Source: Clostridia bacterium (GTDB lineage: Bacteria > Bacillota > Clostridia > Oscillospirales > CAG-272). Taken from it: DNA of 41,867 nt. Location of the stretch: positions 1 to 41,867 of the forward strand of contig JAFYMH010000111.1 in the NCBI GenBank assembly GCA_017556685.1, in the 5' to 3' direction. The notes below the pieces were generated by a model that was not told the DNA's origin, searched no databases, and saw only the letters and a list, made by a program, of their open reading frames with translations. The position numbers and the translations under genes were made by a program. Position 1 is the stretch's first letter, and each line of letters begins with the position of its first letter. Positions 19,568 to 28,641 of this stretch are shown here, piece after piece.

Positions 19568-19592
19568 TTACTTAGGCTTATGAATATCGAAA

Positions 19593-20393
19593 TCACGCGC
19601 TCTCCTCGGGAGCGGCAGAGGCAACGTACAGCATCGTCAGCATGGCGAAGATAAACGCCTGCAGGCATCCGCTGAACAGGTCAAAGTAGACCGAGAGAAC
19701 GGCGGGGAGACCGATCTGCAGAAAGGGGATCTCGGAGAGAAGCCCCGGAAGCGAGCCGAAGAGCATCGCCGACAGACCCGCGAGCGCGACGTACACCATC
19801 GTTGAAACGACGCTTCCAGAAAGCACGTTTCCGTAATGACGGAAGGCCATGGAGATCGGGGTCGAGAACTCCCCGAGCAGATTGAAGGGGAGCAGGATCG
19901 GGATCGGCTCGGCAAGCCCCTTGACGTAGCCCCAAACGCCGCCCTTCAGCTTATAGTAGGTGATGAGAACGAATACGAGGATTGCCCAGCCTCCGACGAT
20001 GTTGATGTCCGAGGTCGGGGGATAGAGCCCGAGCAGGCTAAGCAGGCTTGAGAGAAGCGAGAGCGCCATGATCGCCGCAACGAAGGGGATAAATCCAAGG
20101 TACCTCTCGCCCATGTTCGCCGTAACGAACGAGCTTGCCTTCTCAACGAGCAGCTCGGCGATATGCTGGCGCCTCGACGCCCCATCGACCCTCATGCCCT
20201 GCGTCAGAAAGAGGCAGAGGAAAAAAACGAACCAAAGAACGAGGAGCGAGTTGACCTGCGACGCCGTGATCGGCAGATCCTGGATCGGCATGGGAATCGT
20301 GAAATAGATCTGCGCCCCCGTGACCGTAATACCGCTCGACGGACGGGAAAGGAAAAGCTTCAGAGCAAGTCCGACGAAAAGCGGCAGGAGCAT
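19593..20393 (-). CDS. atpB: Fo ATP synthase a subunit
   Basis: MAFRHYGNVLSG (essential Arg) and multiple TM helices. The start is uncertain. The first ATG (20393) has no clear SD. The in-frame TTG at 20519 would overlap atpI by 77 nt and would add an Arg-rich, non-membrane N-terminus. Confidence 0.85.
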   Translation of the reverse strand: MLLPLFVGLALKLFLSRPSSGITVTGAQIYFTIPMPIQDLPITASQVNSLLVLWFVFFLCLFLTQGMRVDGASRRQHIAELLVEKASSFVTANMGERYLGFIPFVAAIMALSLLSSLLSLLGLYPPTSDINIVGGWAILVFVLITYYKLKGGVWGYVKGLAEPIPILLPFNLLGEFSTPISMAFRHYGNVLSGSVVSTMVYVALAGLSAMLFGSLPGLLSEIPFLQIGLPAVLSVYFDLFSGCLQAFIFAMLTMLYVASAAPEESA

Positions 20394-20442
20394 CAGGGCA
20401 AGATACAGACGGGATAGGAGCCGATCGCGAAGCGGGGAGCCT

Positions 20443-20889
20443 TTACGCGTTGTCCTTGTCTTCGTTTGAGATCCCCTCCTCTCCCTTGGCGGCTGCCGCC
20501 GCTCTGCTTCTCTTAGCAAGCACCGCCTGCCGAACGATGAGCGTCATGCGCGGAAAAAAGACCGAAACGACGACGGCAACGCTTGAAAAGACGCTGAGCG
20601 CAACGCCGACGGCAAGCACGGCGAGAAGCGCGAGCATCCGAAGCCTTTGCGACAAGCGGAGCATCGCCTTCGCGCGCTCGGCATCCCCCACCGCCAATGC
20701 TCTTTGTACCGTAACACCGAGCAAAAGGAAATTCAGAACCCCCGCGCCCGCCGAAAGGAGCGTTCCGAGGAGCACCGCAAGATCCCACGCGCCGATGGCA
20801 AGAAAGGCAAGCTGAAGGAGCGCCGAAAAAAAGACCGTCCCAACCGCAACGAAGCGCGTTTCCCTTAAAACGACCCGATCAATTTTCAT
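20443..20889 (-). CDS. atpI: ATP synthase protein I
   Basis: Small hydrophobic protein (MKIDRVVLRETRFVAVGTVFFSALLQLAFLAIG...) immediately upstream of atpB. ATG 20889 overlaps the upstream gene's stop. Confidence 0.75.
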   Translation of the reverse strand: MKIDRVVLRETRFVAVGTVFFSALLQLAFLAIGAWDLAVLLGTLLSAGAGVLNFLLLGVTVQRALAVGDAERAKAMLRLSQRLRMLALLAVLAVGVALSVFSSVAVVVSVFFPRMTLIVRQAVLAKRSRAAAAAKGEEGISNEDKDNA

Positions 20890-21154
20890 TTTCCGCCCCC
20901 CCTTCTCTGTCATACGGCAAATTCTCGTTTTCCGAGTTGATAGCTCCCTTGGCAAAGCGGTAAAAAGCGCACCCGCCGCTGACAAGCCCGACAAGGAGCA
21001 AAACGACGGTGAGCCAAGGTCCGACCCCGAAGCGCAGATCGATCCAAACGCCGAGCAGCACCGACAAAACGATCGGCGAGATCACCGAAAGCCCAAGCTG
21101 CCCAAGGCACACAAGAAGCCGAACCGTCTTCATACGTGAGCCGGGATCTCTCAT
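20879..21154 (-). CDS. AtpZ/AtpI-family small membrane protein (ATPase_gene1-like)
   Basis: LGLSVISPIVLSVLLGVWIDLRFGVGPWLTVVLLLVGLVSGGCAFYRFAK forms two TM helices with the typical LD/W..D motif. ATG 21154 has GGAGGA 7 nt upstream. First gene of the atp operon. Confidence 0.7.
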   Translation of the reverse strand: MRDPGSRMKTVRLLVCLGQLGLSVISPIVLSVLLGVWIDLRFGVGPWLTVVLLLVGLVSGGCAFYRFAKGAINSENENLPYDREGGAENEN

Positions 21155-21206
21155 CTGTGCATCCTCCATCCTAAGGCTTGTCCCTATACCAAGGTATACT
21201 ATATAC

Positions 21207-21235
21207 ATTATAGCATCTCCCCTATGCTTTGACAA
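21207..21235 (-). promoter_or_regulatory. putative sigmaA promoter of the atp operon
   Basis: Minus strand reads TTGTCA (21235-21230), 17 nt, TATAAT (21212-21207), with an A/T-rich tract upstream (21245-21265). Confidence 0.6.
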
Positions 21236-21267
21236 GGCTTTTCGGGGATAAAAAATCGCTATTTTTT

Positions 21268-21657
21268 TCACAAAGCGGACGGGTCCTCTGCCAAAAAAAG
21301 CCCCCTCTCGGAGCATTCCCAAAGTACCCCCTCGCGATAGATGAGCCTCGGGCCGCGAAGGAGAAGGATCTCCCTTGCAAGCAGGGACGGCGCGCGCACC
21401 TCGCAGACGAGGCGATAGCTCGCGCGGCGGAAGGTAAAGCGCTTATGCCGCTCGTTTGAGCTCAGATACTCGAGGCGAAGCCGCTCGGCAAGACTCTGCC
21501 GCAGATACTCTTCGGTTCGGTCAGCGATAAGACGCAGCGCACGGCCAAGGGGACACTCGACGGCAACCCTTGGGATTTGGATGGTATACTCAAGAAGCAC
21601 CACGCCTTCCTCCGAGAGAAGGTCTCGGCGCAGATCAAGCTCGTCTGAAAAGAGCAT
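21268..21657 (-). CDS. hypothetical protein (129 aa)
   Basis: GGAGG lies 5 nt upstream of ATG 21657. Codon usage resembles neighbouring genes (CTT/GAG-rich). I recognised no motif. Confidence 0.55.
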   Translation of the reverse strand: MLFSDELDLRRDLLSEEGVVLLEYTIQIPRVAVECPLGRALRLIADRTEEYLRQSLAERLRLEYLSSNERHKRFTFRRASYRLVCEVRAPSLLAREILLLRGPRLIYREGVLWECSERGLFLAEDPSAL

Positions 21658-21670
21658 TTCTCCCTCCCCG

Positions 21671-21735
21671 AAAAAATCGTCGGGGCGATCAGCCTCCCGC
21701 CTCGCCTGACGCAGGTGAACGCCGATCTCCCCGAC
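21671..21735 (-). terminator. long imperfect hairpin plus U-tract (terminator of the XRE operon or attenuator for the downstream ORF)
   Basis: Minus strand has GTCGGGGAGATCGGC (21735-21721), a 27-nt loop, then GCTGATCGCCCCGAC (21693-21679). That is 15 positions: 13 Watson-Crick pairs, one G-T wobble and one mismatch. It is followed by GATTTTTT (21678-21671). The SD of the next ORF starts right after the T-tract. Confidence 0.5.
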
Positions 21736-21774
21736 ACTACTATATGCAATTTTCGGTTTTTTGATGCCTATCGG

Positions 21775-22119
21775 CTAATTCTGCCGTCCGAGATAGAGCC
21801 GAATGACCGACTCGAGGGTCGAGAGCAGAGCCCGACGCTCGCCGAGCGGCAGATGAGAGGCGCCGCGCCAGAGCCGAAGAAGCCTTCCCTCCTCCTCGTC
21901 CTCCGCCTGCCCGGACGGGAAAAGGACCGAGGCTCTCACGCCGAGCACCTCGGCGAGCTCGGGGAGCATCTTCATAAAGGACGAGGATCGCCCGAGCCTC
22001 CAGTTGCTGACCGTTTTCGGCGTCAGAGCCGCCGCCTCCTCAAAGGCGGAGTCGGTTCCAAAACGCTCGCTGAGAAGCGAAAGCAGGATCTCGCGGGTCC
22101 TTTCGGTATGCTCGTTCAT
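21775..22119 (-). CDS. XRE-family helix-turn-helix transcriptional regulator
   Basis: ERFGTDSAFEEAAALTPKTVSNWRLGRSSSFMKMLPELAEVLGV is an HTH_3-like pattern. The ATG overlaps the upstream stop (ATGA). Confidence 0.75.
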   Translation of the reverse strand: MNEHTERTREILLSLLSERFGTDSAFEEAAALTPKTVSNWRLGRSSSFMKMLPELAEVLGVRASVLFPSGQAEDEEEGRLLRLWRGASHLPLGERRALLSTLESVIRLYLGRQN

Positions 22120-22712
22120 TTTTTGCCGTCCCCCCCTCGTCTGCCGCCGCTTTTTTTCTTTCTTGCCGAAAAGCCAAAGCCCCCGAGCCGCCGCCCGAGG
22201 CTGTAATAATCCCCGTGTGCATAGGCGAGAAGATCTGCCCGCTCGATATGGAGCTTCCCCGTCTCGTCAAAGAGCCGCTCGTCTGCCGTCACGCGCAGAA
22301 TATCGGCGAAAAAAACGTCATGCGAGCCCATCTCGACGACCTCGCGCACCCGACATTCGAGCGCGATCGGACATTCGGCGATAGTCGGCGCGCCAACCGT
22401 TACCGAAGGGATCCGGGTAAAGCCGCACCGCTCGAGCTTTCTGACCTTCGCCCCCGTATACATTCCGCAGAAATCGACCTCGCGCACAAGGGAGGTCGGC
22501 GGAAGATGGATGACGAACTCGCCGTAGCGCGTAAGCAAGGCGTGCGAATGGCGCCTTTTGCGCACCGAAATATAGGTGCGCGGCGGAACGGTTGCCAAAA
22601 TCCCCGTCCATGCAACCGTCAGAACATTTGCCTCCTCGCCCTCACCGACCGTAACGAGCGCAGGCGGAAGCGGAGCGGTCAGGGCGCCGCCCTTCAGCTC
22701 GATCCTTCCCAT
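22116..22712 (-). CDS. flavin reductase-like (FMN-binding split-barrel) protein
   Basis: LPPALVTVGEGEEANVLTVAWTGI...CGMYTGAKVRKLERCGF...ECPIALECRV...GSHDVFFADI. ATG 22712 has GGAGGAGG 5 nt upstream. The track ORF start at 22853 is unsupported. Confidence 0.8.
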   Translation of the reverse strand: MGRIELKGGALTAPLPPALVTVGEGEEANVLTVAWTGILATVPPRTYISVRKRRHSHALLTRYGEFVIHLPPTSLVREVDFCGMYTGAKVRKLERCGFTRIPSVTVGAPTIAECPIALECRVREVVEMGSHDVFFADILRVTADERLFDETGKLHIERADLLAYAHGDYYSLGRRLGGFGFSARKKKSGGRRGGDGKK

Positions 22713-22757
22713 AGCTACCTCCTCCGCCCGCTTGTCGGGCTGTCTTTTCTTACCGTC

Positions 22758-22786
22758 ATTATAGCACACGCGCGCAAGACTGTCAA
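22758..22786 (-). promoter_or_regulatory. consensus sigmaA promoter of the flavin-reductase/XRE operon
   Basis: Minus strand reads TTGACA (22786-22781), 17 nt, TATAAT (22763-22758). Confidence 0.65.
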
Positions 22787-22856
22787 GCGAAACGAGGGGC
22801 GTATATCCTGCCGCCCGCCCTGCTATACTTCCTTTGGTACCCCTTGTCCGCACGAA

Positions 22857-22883
22857 TTAGCACTCTCACCTTGTGAGTGCTAA
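22857..22883 (+). promoter_or_regulatory. CIRCE element (HrcA operator)
   Basis: TTAGCACTC-TCACCTTGT-GAGTGCTAA is an exact match to the consensus TTAGCACTC-N9-GAGTGCTAA. It lies 105 nt upstream of the clpB ATG. Confidence 0.9.
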
Positions 22884-22947
22884 TGTTTACGGTTTGTTCA
22901 CAGTAAGTCAATGAGCCGTTCAATTCTTGGGGTTAGACTTAGATCAA

Positions 22948-22965
22948 AGGTCAAAGAAGGTCAAA
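22948..22965 (+). promoter_or_regulatory. CtsR box
   Basis: AGGTCAAAGAAGGTCAAA matches the heptad direct-repeat consensus (A/G)GTCAAA-NAN-(A/G)GTCAAA exactly. It lies 23 nt upstream of the clpB ATG. Confidence 0.8.
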
Positions 22966-22987
22966 GTGCCTGAAGGGAGGTTTCACT

Positions 22988-25597
22988 ATGCCGAACCTTG
23001 AGAAATTTACCAAAAAAAGCATGGAGGCGCTCGGCGCCGCCGAAAGCCTTGCGGTGCGCGAGCATCATCAGAGGCTCGAAGAGCTGCATCTGTTCTCTGC
23101 CCTGCTCTCGCAAAGCGAGGGACTTGCCCGCGAGCTTTTGCGCGCGGCGGGACTTTCGCCCGAGGTGATCAGAGGCGCGGTCGATATCGCGCTCGGAAGA
23201 CTTCCGAGAGTCGAGGGTGCGTCGAGCGGGCTTTACCTGTCGCGCGAGCTTGACGCGGCGCTCGCCTCTGCCGAGGAGCTTGCAGAGCAGATGAAGGACG
23301 AATATATCTCCCAGGAGCATCTTCTGCTTGCGCTCGTTGAGCATCCCGACGCCGCCCTTTCCCCGATCCTTTCGAAAAACGGGGTCACGAAGGAGGCGCT
23401 GCTCCCGGCTCTGCGGTCTGTGCGCGGAAATACCCGCGTCACCTCCGCCACCCCCGAGGACACCTACGATTCTCTTAAAAAATACGGGCAGGATCTGACC
23501 GAGCTTGCGCGCGCGCAGAAGCTCGACCCCGTGATCGGGCGGGACGAGGAGATCCGCCACGTCATCCGCATCCTCTCGCGGAAGAGCAAGAACAACCCCT
23601 GCCTGATCGGGGAGCCCGGCGTTGGAAAAACGGCGGTCGTCGAGGGGCTTGCCCAGCGGATCGTTCGCGGCGACGTGCCCGAGCATCTTCTTGGAAGAAG
23701 CGTTTTCTCGCTCGATATGGGCGCGCTCGTTGCGGGCGCGAAGTACCGAGGGGAGTTTGAGGAGCGCCTCAAGGCGGTTCTCGGCGAGGTCAAAGCATCC
23801 GAGGGCTCGATCATCCTTTTCATCGACGAGCTTCATACCGTTGTCGGCGCGGGAAAGACCGACGGTGCAATGGACGCGGGAAATCTCCTAAAGCCCCTGC
23901 TTGCGCGCGGAGAGCTTCACTGCATCGGCGCGACCACCCTTGACGAGTACCGAAAATATATCGAGAAGGATAGCGCCCTCGAGCGGCGCTTTCAGCCCGT
24001 TCTCGTTGCCGAGCCGACGGTTGCCGATACCGTCTCGATCCTGCGCGGACTCAAGGAGCGCTACGAGGTATGGCACGGCGTGAAGATCCACGATGCGGCT
24101 CTGATCGCCGCCGCAACCCTGTCGGACCGCTATATCTCCGACCGCTTTTTGCCCGACAAGGCGATCGACCTCGTTGACGAGGCGTCTGCCGCGATCAAGA
24201 CCGAGCTCAACTCCATGCCGAACGAGATCGATGCCGTGAACCGCCGCATCATGCAGCTTGAGATCGAGGAGGCGGCTCTGAAAAAGGAAGCCGATAAGCT
24301 CTCGCTCGAGCGGCTCGAGTCGATCCGCCGCGAGCTTGCCGACCGCCGCGACGAGATGCAGGCGATGCGCGCCAAGTGGGAGAACGAAAAGTCCGCGATT
24401 GACCGCGCCAAGGTCCTGCGCCAAGAGCTTGAGCAGGTTGGCGCCGCCATTGAGCGCGCCGAGAGCGAATACGATCTGGCGCACGCCGCAGAGCTGAAAT
24501 ACGGACGGCTCCCGGAGCTGAAAAAGCAGCTTGAGGAGGCGGAGGCTGCCGCCGCCGCGCATGCGGGCGACTCGTCCCTTCTCCGAAACGCCGTCGGTGA
24601 GGAGGAGATCGCAAAAACCGTATCTGCTTGGACCGGGATCCCGCTCTCAAAGCTCCTTGAGGGCGAGCGCGACAAGCTTTTGCGCCTTGAGGAGATCCTG
24701 CACCGCCGCGTGATCGGGCAAAACGAGGCGGTTTCGTCGGTATGCGACGCCATTTTGCGCTCGCGCGCAGGCATCGCAAGTCCGAGTCGTCCGATCGGCT
24801 CCTTCCTTTTCCTCGGTCCGACCGGCGTTGGAAAGACCGAGCTTGCCAAGGCGCTTGCCGAGGCGCTCTTTGACGATGAAAGGAACATGGTGCGCATCGA
24901 CATGACCGAACACATGGAGAAATTTTCGGTCTCGCGCCTGATCGGAGCGCCCCCCGGCTACGTGGGATACGAGGAGGGCGGACAGCTCTCCGAGGCGGTG
25001 CGCCGCCGTCCCTACTCGGTGGTGCTCTTTGACGAGGTCGAAAAGGCGCATCCCGACGTCTTCAACGTCCTGCTTCAGGTGCTCGACGACGGCCGCATCA
25101 CCGATAGCGCAGGGCGGACGGTCGATTTCAAGAATACCATCATCATCCTGACGAGCAATCTCGGCTCGGATCGCATCCTTGCCGGGATCGACGAAAGCGG
25201 ACGGCTCGCCGAGTCGGCAAAGGACGAGGTGCGCGCGCTTCTTCGCCGAAGCTTCCGACCCGAGTTCCTAAACCGCCTTGACGAAACCGTTTTCTATACG
25301 CCGCTTGACAGGGGGCATATCACCGAGATCGTCACCCTGATGCTAAAGGAGCTTGAGGCAAGGCTCGCCGAGCGGCAGCTTTCGCTCGCCGTTACCGACG
25401 CGGCAAAGGAGCTGATCGCCGAGGGCGGATACGACCCGAACTACGGCGCGCGGCCGCTCCGCCGCTTCCTCTCGACCCACGCCGAAACCAAGATCGCGCG
25501 CGAGATCGTCAAGGTAAACCCTGCTCCGGGCAGTACCGTTACCCTCGACGCCGAGCACGGTCAGCTCACCGTTTCGATTTCAAACGAACAGAAATAA
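22988..25597 (+). CDS. clpB: ATP-dependent chaperone / disaggregase ClpB
   Basis: Clp N-domain, two AAA+ modules (GEPGVGKTA and GPTGVGKTE Walker A), a long coiled-coil middle domain, 869 aa. GGGAGG RBS. Confidence 0.97.
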   Translation: MPNLEKFTKKSMEALGAAESLAVREHHQRLEELHLFSALLSQSEGLARELLRAAGLSPEVIRGAVDIALGRLPRVEGASSGLYLSRELDAALASAEELAEQMKDEYISQEHLLLALVEHPDAALSPILSKNGVTKEALLPALRSVRGNTRVTSATPEDTYDSLKKYGQDLTELARAQKLDPVIGRDEEIRHVIRILSRKSKNNPCLIGEPGVGKTAVVEGLAQRIVRGDVPEHLLGRSVFSLDMGALVAGAKYRGEFEERLKAVLGEVKASEGSIILFIDELHTVVGAGKTDGAMDAGNLLKPLLARGELHCIGATTLDEYRKYIEKDSALERRFQPVLVAEPTVADTVSILRGLKERYEVWHGVKIHDAALIAAATLSDRYISDRFLPDKAIDLVDEASAAIKTELNSMPNEIDAVNRRIMQLEIEEAALKKEADKLSLERLESIRRELADRRDEMQAMRAKWENEKSAIDRAKVLRQELEQVGAAIERAESEYDLAHAAELKYGRLPELKKQLEEAEAAAAAHAGDSSLLRNAVGEEEIAKTVSAWTGIPLSKLLEGERDKLLRLEEILHRRVIGQNEAVSSVCDAILRSRAGIASPSRPIGSFLFLGPTGVGKTELAKALAEALFDDERNMVRIDMTEHMEKFSVSRLIGAPPGYVGYEEGGQLSEAVRRRPYSVVLFDEVEKAHPDVFNVLLQVLDDGRITDSAGRTVDFKNTIIILTSNLGSDRILAGIDESGRLAESAKDEVRALLRRSFRPEFLNRLDETVFYTPLDRGHITEIVTLMLKELEARLAERQLSLAVTDAAKELIAEGGYDPNYGARPLRRFLSTHAETKIAREIVKVNPAPGSTVTLDAEHGQLTVSISNEQK

Positions 25598-25611
25598 AGA
25601 ATTAAAAAATC

Positions 25612-25652
25612 GGGGCTGTCACAAATGCGAAGCTTGCAGTTGTGACAGCCCC
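25612..25652. terminator. shared terminator between convergent clpB and argF
   Basis: 13-bp perfect stem GGGGCTGTCACAA / TTGTGACAGCCCC. An A-run upstream (25604-25609) gives a U-tract for the minus-strand argF transcript. The T-content downstream for clpB is weaker. Confidence 0.7.
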
Positions 25653-25658
25653 TTAGAA

Positions 25659-26561
25659 TTACGCCATTAGGCGAACCATTACAGCCTTCTGCGCGTGCAG
25701 GCGGTTCTCCGCCTCCTCAAAGATCTCGTCGGCGTGCGCCTCAAGAACCTCTGCCGTGATCTCCTCGCCGCGATGCGCGGGCAGGCAGTGCAGAACCATC
25801 GCATCAGGCTTTGCCTGTGCCATGACCTCGGCGTTCACCTGGTAGCCCGAGAAGGCGCGGCGGCGCTCTGCCGCCTCATCCTCCTGCCCCATCGATGCCC
25901 AGACGTCGGTATAGACGGCGTCGGCGTCGCGTGCGGCGAGAAGAACGTCCTCGGTGCAAAGAAACTCTCCGTTTTCGCTAGCCCAGCGCATGAGCTCGGC
26001 ATCCGGCTCGTAGCCCTTCGGGCAGGCGATGGCAACCTTCATGCCGACCTTGATGCAGCCGGCGATCAAGGAGTTCGCCATATTGTTTCCGTCACCGACG
26101 AAGGTCAGCTTGCGACCCCTGAGATCTCCCTTCCTTTCGCGGATGGTCATCAGATCTGCCAGAACCTGGCAGGGATGCGCGTAATCGGTCAGTCCGTTGA
26201 TGATCGGAATCGAGCCGAATCTTGCAAGATCCTCAACCTCCGACTGCGCAAAGGTACGGATCATGATTCCGTCAAGGTAGCGCGAGAGAACGCGCGCCGT
26301 ATCCTCGATCGGCTCGCCGCGCCCGATCTGCAGGTCGCGGGGCGAGAGGAAGAGCGCCTGACCCCCGAGCTGGTACATTCCCACCTCAAAGGAAACGCGG
26401 GTACGGGTCGAGGACTTCTGGAAGATCATGCCAAGGCTCTTGCCGGCAAGGTAGGGATGCGAGATCCCGCGCTTATTCTCGTCCTTGAGACGGTCGGCAA
26501 GGTCAAGGAGATCAAGGATCTCTGCCTCGGTCAGATCGGAAAGCTTTAACAGATGCTTCAT
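25659..26561 (-). CDS. argF: ornithine carbamoyltransferase
   Basis: SSTRTRVSFE, HPCQ and HCLPAHRGEE motifs. 300 aa. Confidence 0.95.
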   Translation of the reverse strand: MKHLLKLSDLTEAEILDLLDLADRLKDENKRGISHPYLAGKSLGMIFQKSSTRTRVSFEVGMYQLGGQALFLSPRDLQIGRGEPIEDTARVLSRYLDGIMIRTFAQSEVEDLARFGSIPIINGLTDYAHPCQVLADLMTIRERKGDLRGRKLTFVGDGNNMANSLIAGCIKVGMKVAIACPKGYEPDAELMRWASENGEFLCTEDVLLAARDADAVYTDVWASMGQEDEAAERRRAFSGYQVNAEVMAQAKPDAMVLHCLPAHRGEEITAEVLEAHADEIFEEAENRLHAQKAVMVRLMA

Positions 26562-26579
26562 GGTGTCATCCTTTCTTAC

Positions 26580-27758
26580 TTAAAAATCTGCAAGCGCCTC
26601 TTTCAGAGCGGCAATTGCCTCCCGAAGGAGCGGCATGGGGATACTGAGCGGCGGCAGGAGTCTGACCTTCGTTTTTGCCGTCAGTACGATCACTCCCTTC
26701 TCGCGGCAGGCGGCAAGCACCTCGGCGGCGGGACGCTCGCTCTCAATGCCGAGCATCAGACCCATTCCCGAGATCGAGCGAACGCCCTTTGCCCCCGAAA
26801 GCTCGGAGAGGATATAGGCAGAGCGCTCACGAACGCCCGAAAGAAGCTCCTCGTCAATGCGCGAGAGGATCGAAAGCGCGCCGGCGGCGGCAATCGGGTT
26901 TCCGCCGAAGGTCGAGCCGTGCGTGCCGGGGGTAAAGACGTCGGCAAGCCGCTCGCCGAGCATCGTCGCGCCGAGCGGAAGTCCGCCCGCAAGCCCCTTT
27001 GCCGTCGAGACGGCGTCGGGGGAAAGTCCAAGCTGGGTGTACGCGTAAAGCGAGCCGGTCCGCCCGTTCCCCGTCTGCACCTCGTCAACGAGGAGCAGAA
27101 GGTCGAGCTTTTCGGTCACCTCCCGAAGTTCTCTAAGAAATGCCTCGGGAAGCACGCGCACGCCACCCTCGCCCTGCACCGGCTCAACGAGCACGGCGCA
27201 AACGGGGTTTTCGGATGCAACGCGGGTGAGATCCCCCGGAACCGTCGGGTCTGCGTAGTAAAACCCCCCGGGGAAGGGCGTAAAATCATGATGGAAGGCG
27301 TCCTGCCCGGTTGCCGAAAGGGTTGCCAGGGTCCGTCCGTGGAAGGACGAGGTCAGCGTAATGATGCCGGGACGGGCTCCGTCACCGTATTTCCTCGAGG
27401 CGTAAAGGCGCGCCGCCTTGATGATGCACTCGTTTGCCTCAGCACCCGAGTTTGAGAAGAAGACGCGGCGCATGCCGGTCCTTTGGCAGAGCATCTCGGC
27501 AAGCCTTGCGCAAGGCTCCGAGTAGTAGAGATTCGAGGTGTGCGAGAGGGTCGCCGCCTGCTCTGCAACCGCCTTGACCCACGCCTCGTCGCTATATCCG
27601 AAGGTACTGACGGCAATACCCGCACCAAGGTCAATATATCTCTTTCCCTTATCGTCCCACGCCTCGGCGCCCCGTCCGCGCACGAGCGCAAGATCGGTAC
27701 GCGCGTAGGTATGCGCAACGTAGGTATCGTCTATCTGCTTGATCGTCAAAGAGCTCAC
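26580..27758 (-). CDS. argD: acetylornithine aminotransferase
   Basis: Class-III aminotransferase pattern (FSNSGAEANE...LLLVDEVQTGNGRTG...STAKGLAGG). GTG 27758 overlaps the argB stop. TTG 27749 has better SD spacing and is an alternative start. Confidence 0.92.
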   Translation of the reverse strand: MSSLTIKQIDDTYVAHTYARTDLALVRGRGAEAWDDKGKRYIDLGAGIAVSTFGYSDEAWVKAVAEQAATLSHTSNLYYSEPCARLAEMLCQRTGMRRVFFSNSGAEANECIIKAARLYASRKYGDGARPGIITLTSSFHGRTLATLSATGQDAFHHDFTPFPGGFYYADPTVPGDLTRVASENPVCAVLVEPVQGEGGVRVLPEAFLRELREVTEKLDLLLLVDEVQTGNGRTGSLYAYTQLGLSPDAVSTAKGLAGGLPLGATMLGERLADVFTPGTHGSTFGGNPIAAAGALSILSRIDEELLSGVRERSAYILSELSGAKGVRSISGMGLMLGIESERPAAEVLAACREKGVIVLTAKTKVRLLPPLSIPMPLLREAIAALKEALADF

Positions 27759-28612
27759 TCCTTTACCAGCATGGTTCCGAGTCCCTCGTCTGTCAGGGTC
27801 TCCATGATGATCGAGTGCTTGACTCGTCCGTCAATGATAAAGACCTTCTCAACGCCGCTTCGAAGCGCCTCGGCACAGCATTCGATCTTCGGGATCATGC
27901 CGCCCGAGATGACGCCGCTCTCAAAGAGCGACTCGATCTCCCGAACGCGAACCTTGGAGATGAGGGTGCTCGGATCGTCCTTGTCGGCGAGCAGGCCCGC
28001 GATGTCGGTCATGACGATCAGGCTCTCGGCGCCGAGCACCGAGGCGATCTTCGCGGCGGCGGTATCGGCGTTGATGTTATAGGCGTTGCCGTTTCCGTCA
28101 AAGCCGACGGTCGAGATGACCGGAATATAGCCCGCATCGAGCAGATCGAGAATGGGGCGCGGATCGATCTCGGCGATCTCCCCGACGTATCCAAGCTCGG
28201 GATCCTTCATCTCGGCGCGGATCATGCCGCCGTCCTGACCCGAGAGGCCGATGGCGCGGCCGCCCTTGTTCTGAATGAGGCCGACGAGGTTCTTATTGAG
28301 CTTCCCCGCAAGCACCATCTGCGCGATCTCAACCGTCTCTCCGTCGGTCACGCGAAGTCCGTTTTTGAAGACCGACTCCTTGCCGACGCGGCGGAGCATC
28401 TCGGAGATCTCGGGTCCTCCGCCGTGCACGAGCACGACCTGAACGCCGACCATCGAAAGGAGAACGAGATCCTCCATTACGGCATCCTTGAGCTCCTCGC
28501 TCGTCATGGCGTTTCCGCCGTACTTGACGACGATGATCTTTCCTGCGTATTTCCGAATATGCGGCAGTGCGCTGACGAGCAGGCCCGCAATCTCGGCATT
28601 ACTTATCTGCAT
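27755..28612 (-). CDS. argB: acetylglutamate kinase
   Basis: IVVKYGGNAM...LVHGGGPEI...NINADTAA. Confidence 0.95.
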   Translation of the reverse strand: MQISNAEIAGLLVSALPHIRKYAGKIIVVKYGGNAMTSEELKDAVMEDLVLLSMVGVQVVLVHGGGPEISEMLRRVGKESVFKNGLRVTDGETVEIAQMVLAGKLNKNLVGLIQNKGGRAIGLSGQDGGMIRAEMKDPELGYVGEIAEIDPRPILDLLDAGYIPVISTVGFDGNGNAYNINADTAAAKIASVLGAESLIVMTDIAGLLADKDDPSTLISKVRVREIESLFESGVISGGMIPKIECCAEALRSGVEKVFIIDGRVKHSIIMETLTDEGLGTMLVKE

Positions 28613-28641
28613 AGTCCAAAACCCCTTCTGTCAGACGGCTA

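Noticed and set aside
19584-19590. Another ATATCGA heptamer in the atpB-atpE spacer
   Set aside because: It is a single isolated copy. A 7-mer occurring once more in 42 kb is within chance expectation, so I did not link it to the 12.3-kb array.
20394-20519. Longer atpB starting at in-frame TTG 20519
   Set aside because: It would overlap atpI by 77 nt and add an Arg/Thr/Pro-rich, non-hydrophobic 42-residue N-terminus that looks like out-of-frame atpI sequence. The SD-like GGAGAGGAGGGG inside atpI has no start codon at a usable distance. I kept ATG 20393 and flagged the start as uncertain.
22884-22947. A sigmaA promoter for clpB between CIRCE and the CtsR box
   Set aside because: No hexamer pair came close to TTGACA-17-TATAAT. 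The candidates (TTGTTC/…, TAGACT) have poor partners or wrong spacing. I left the promoter uncalled rather than guess.
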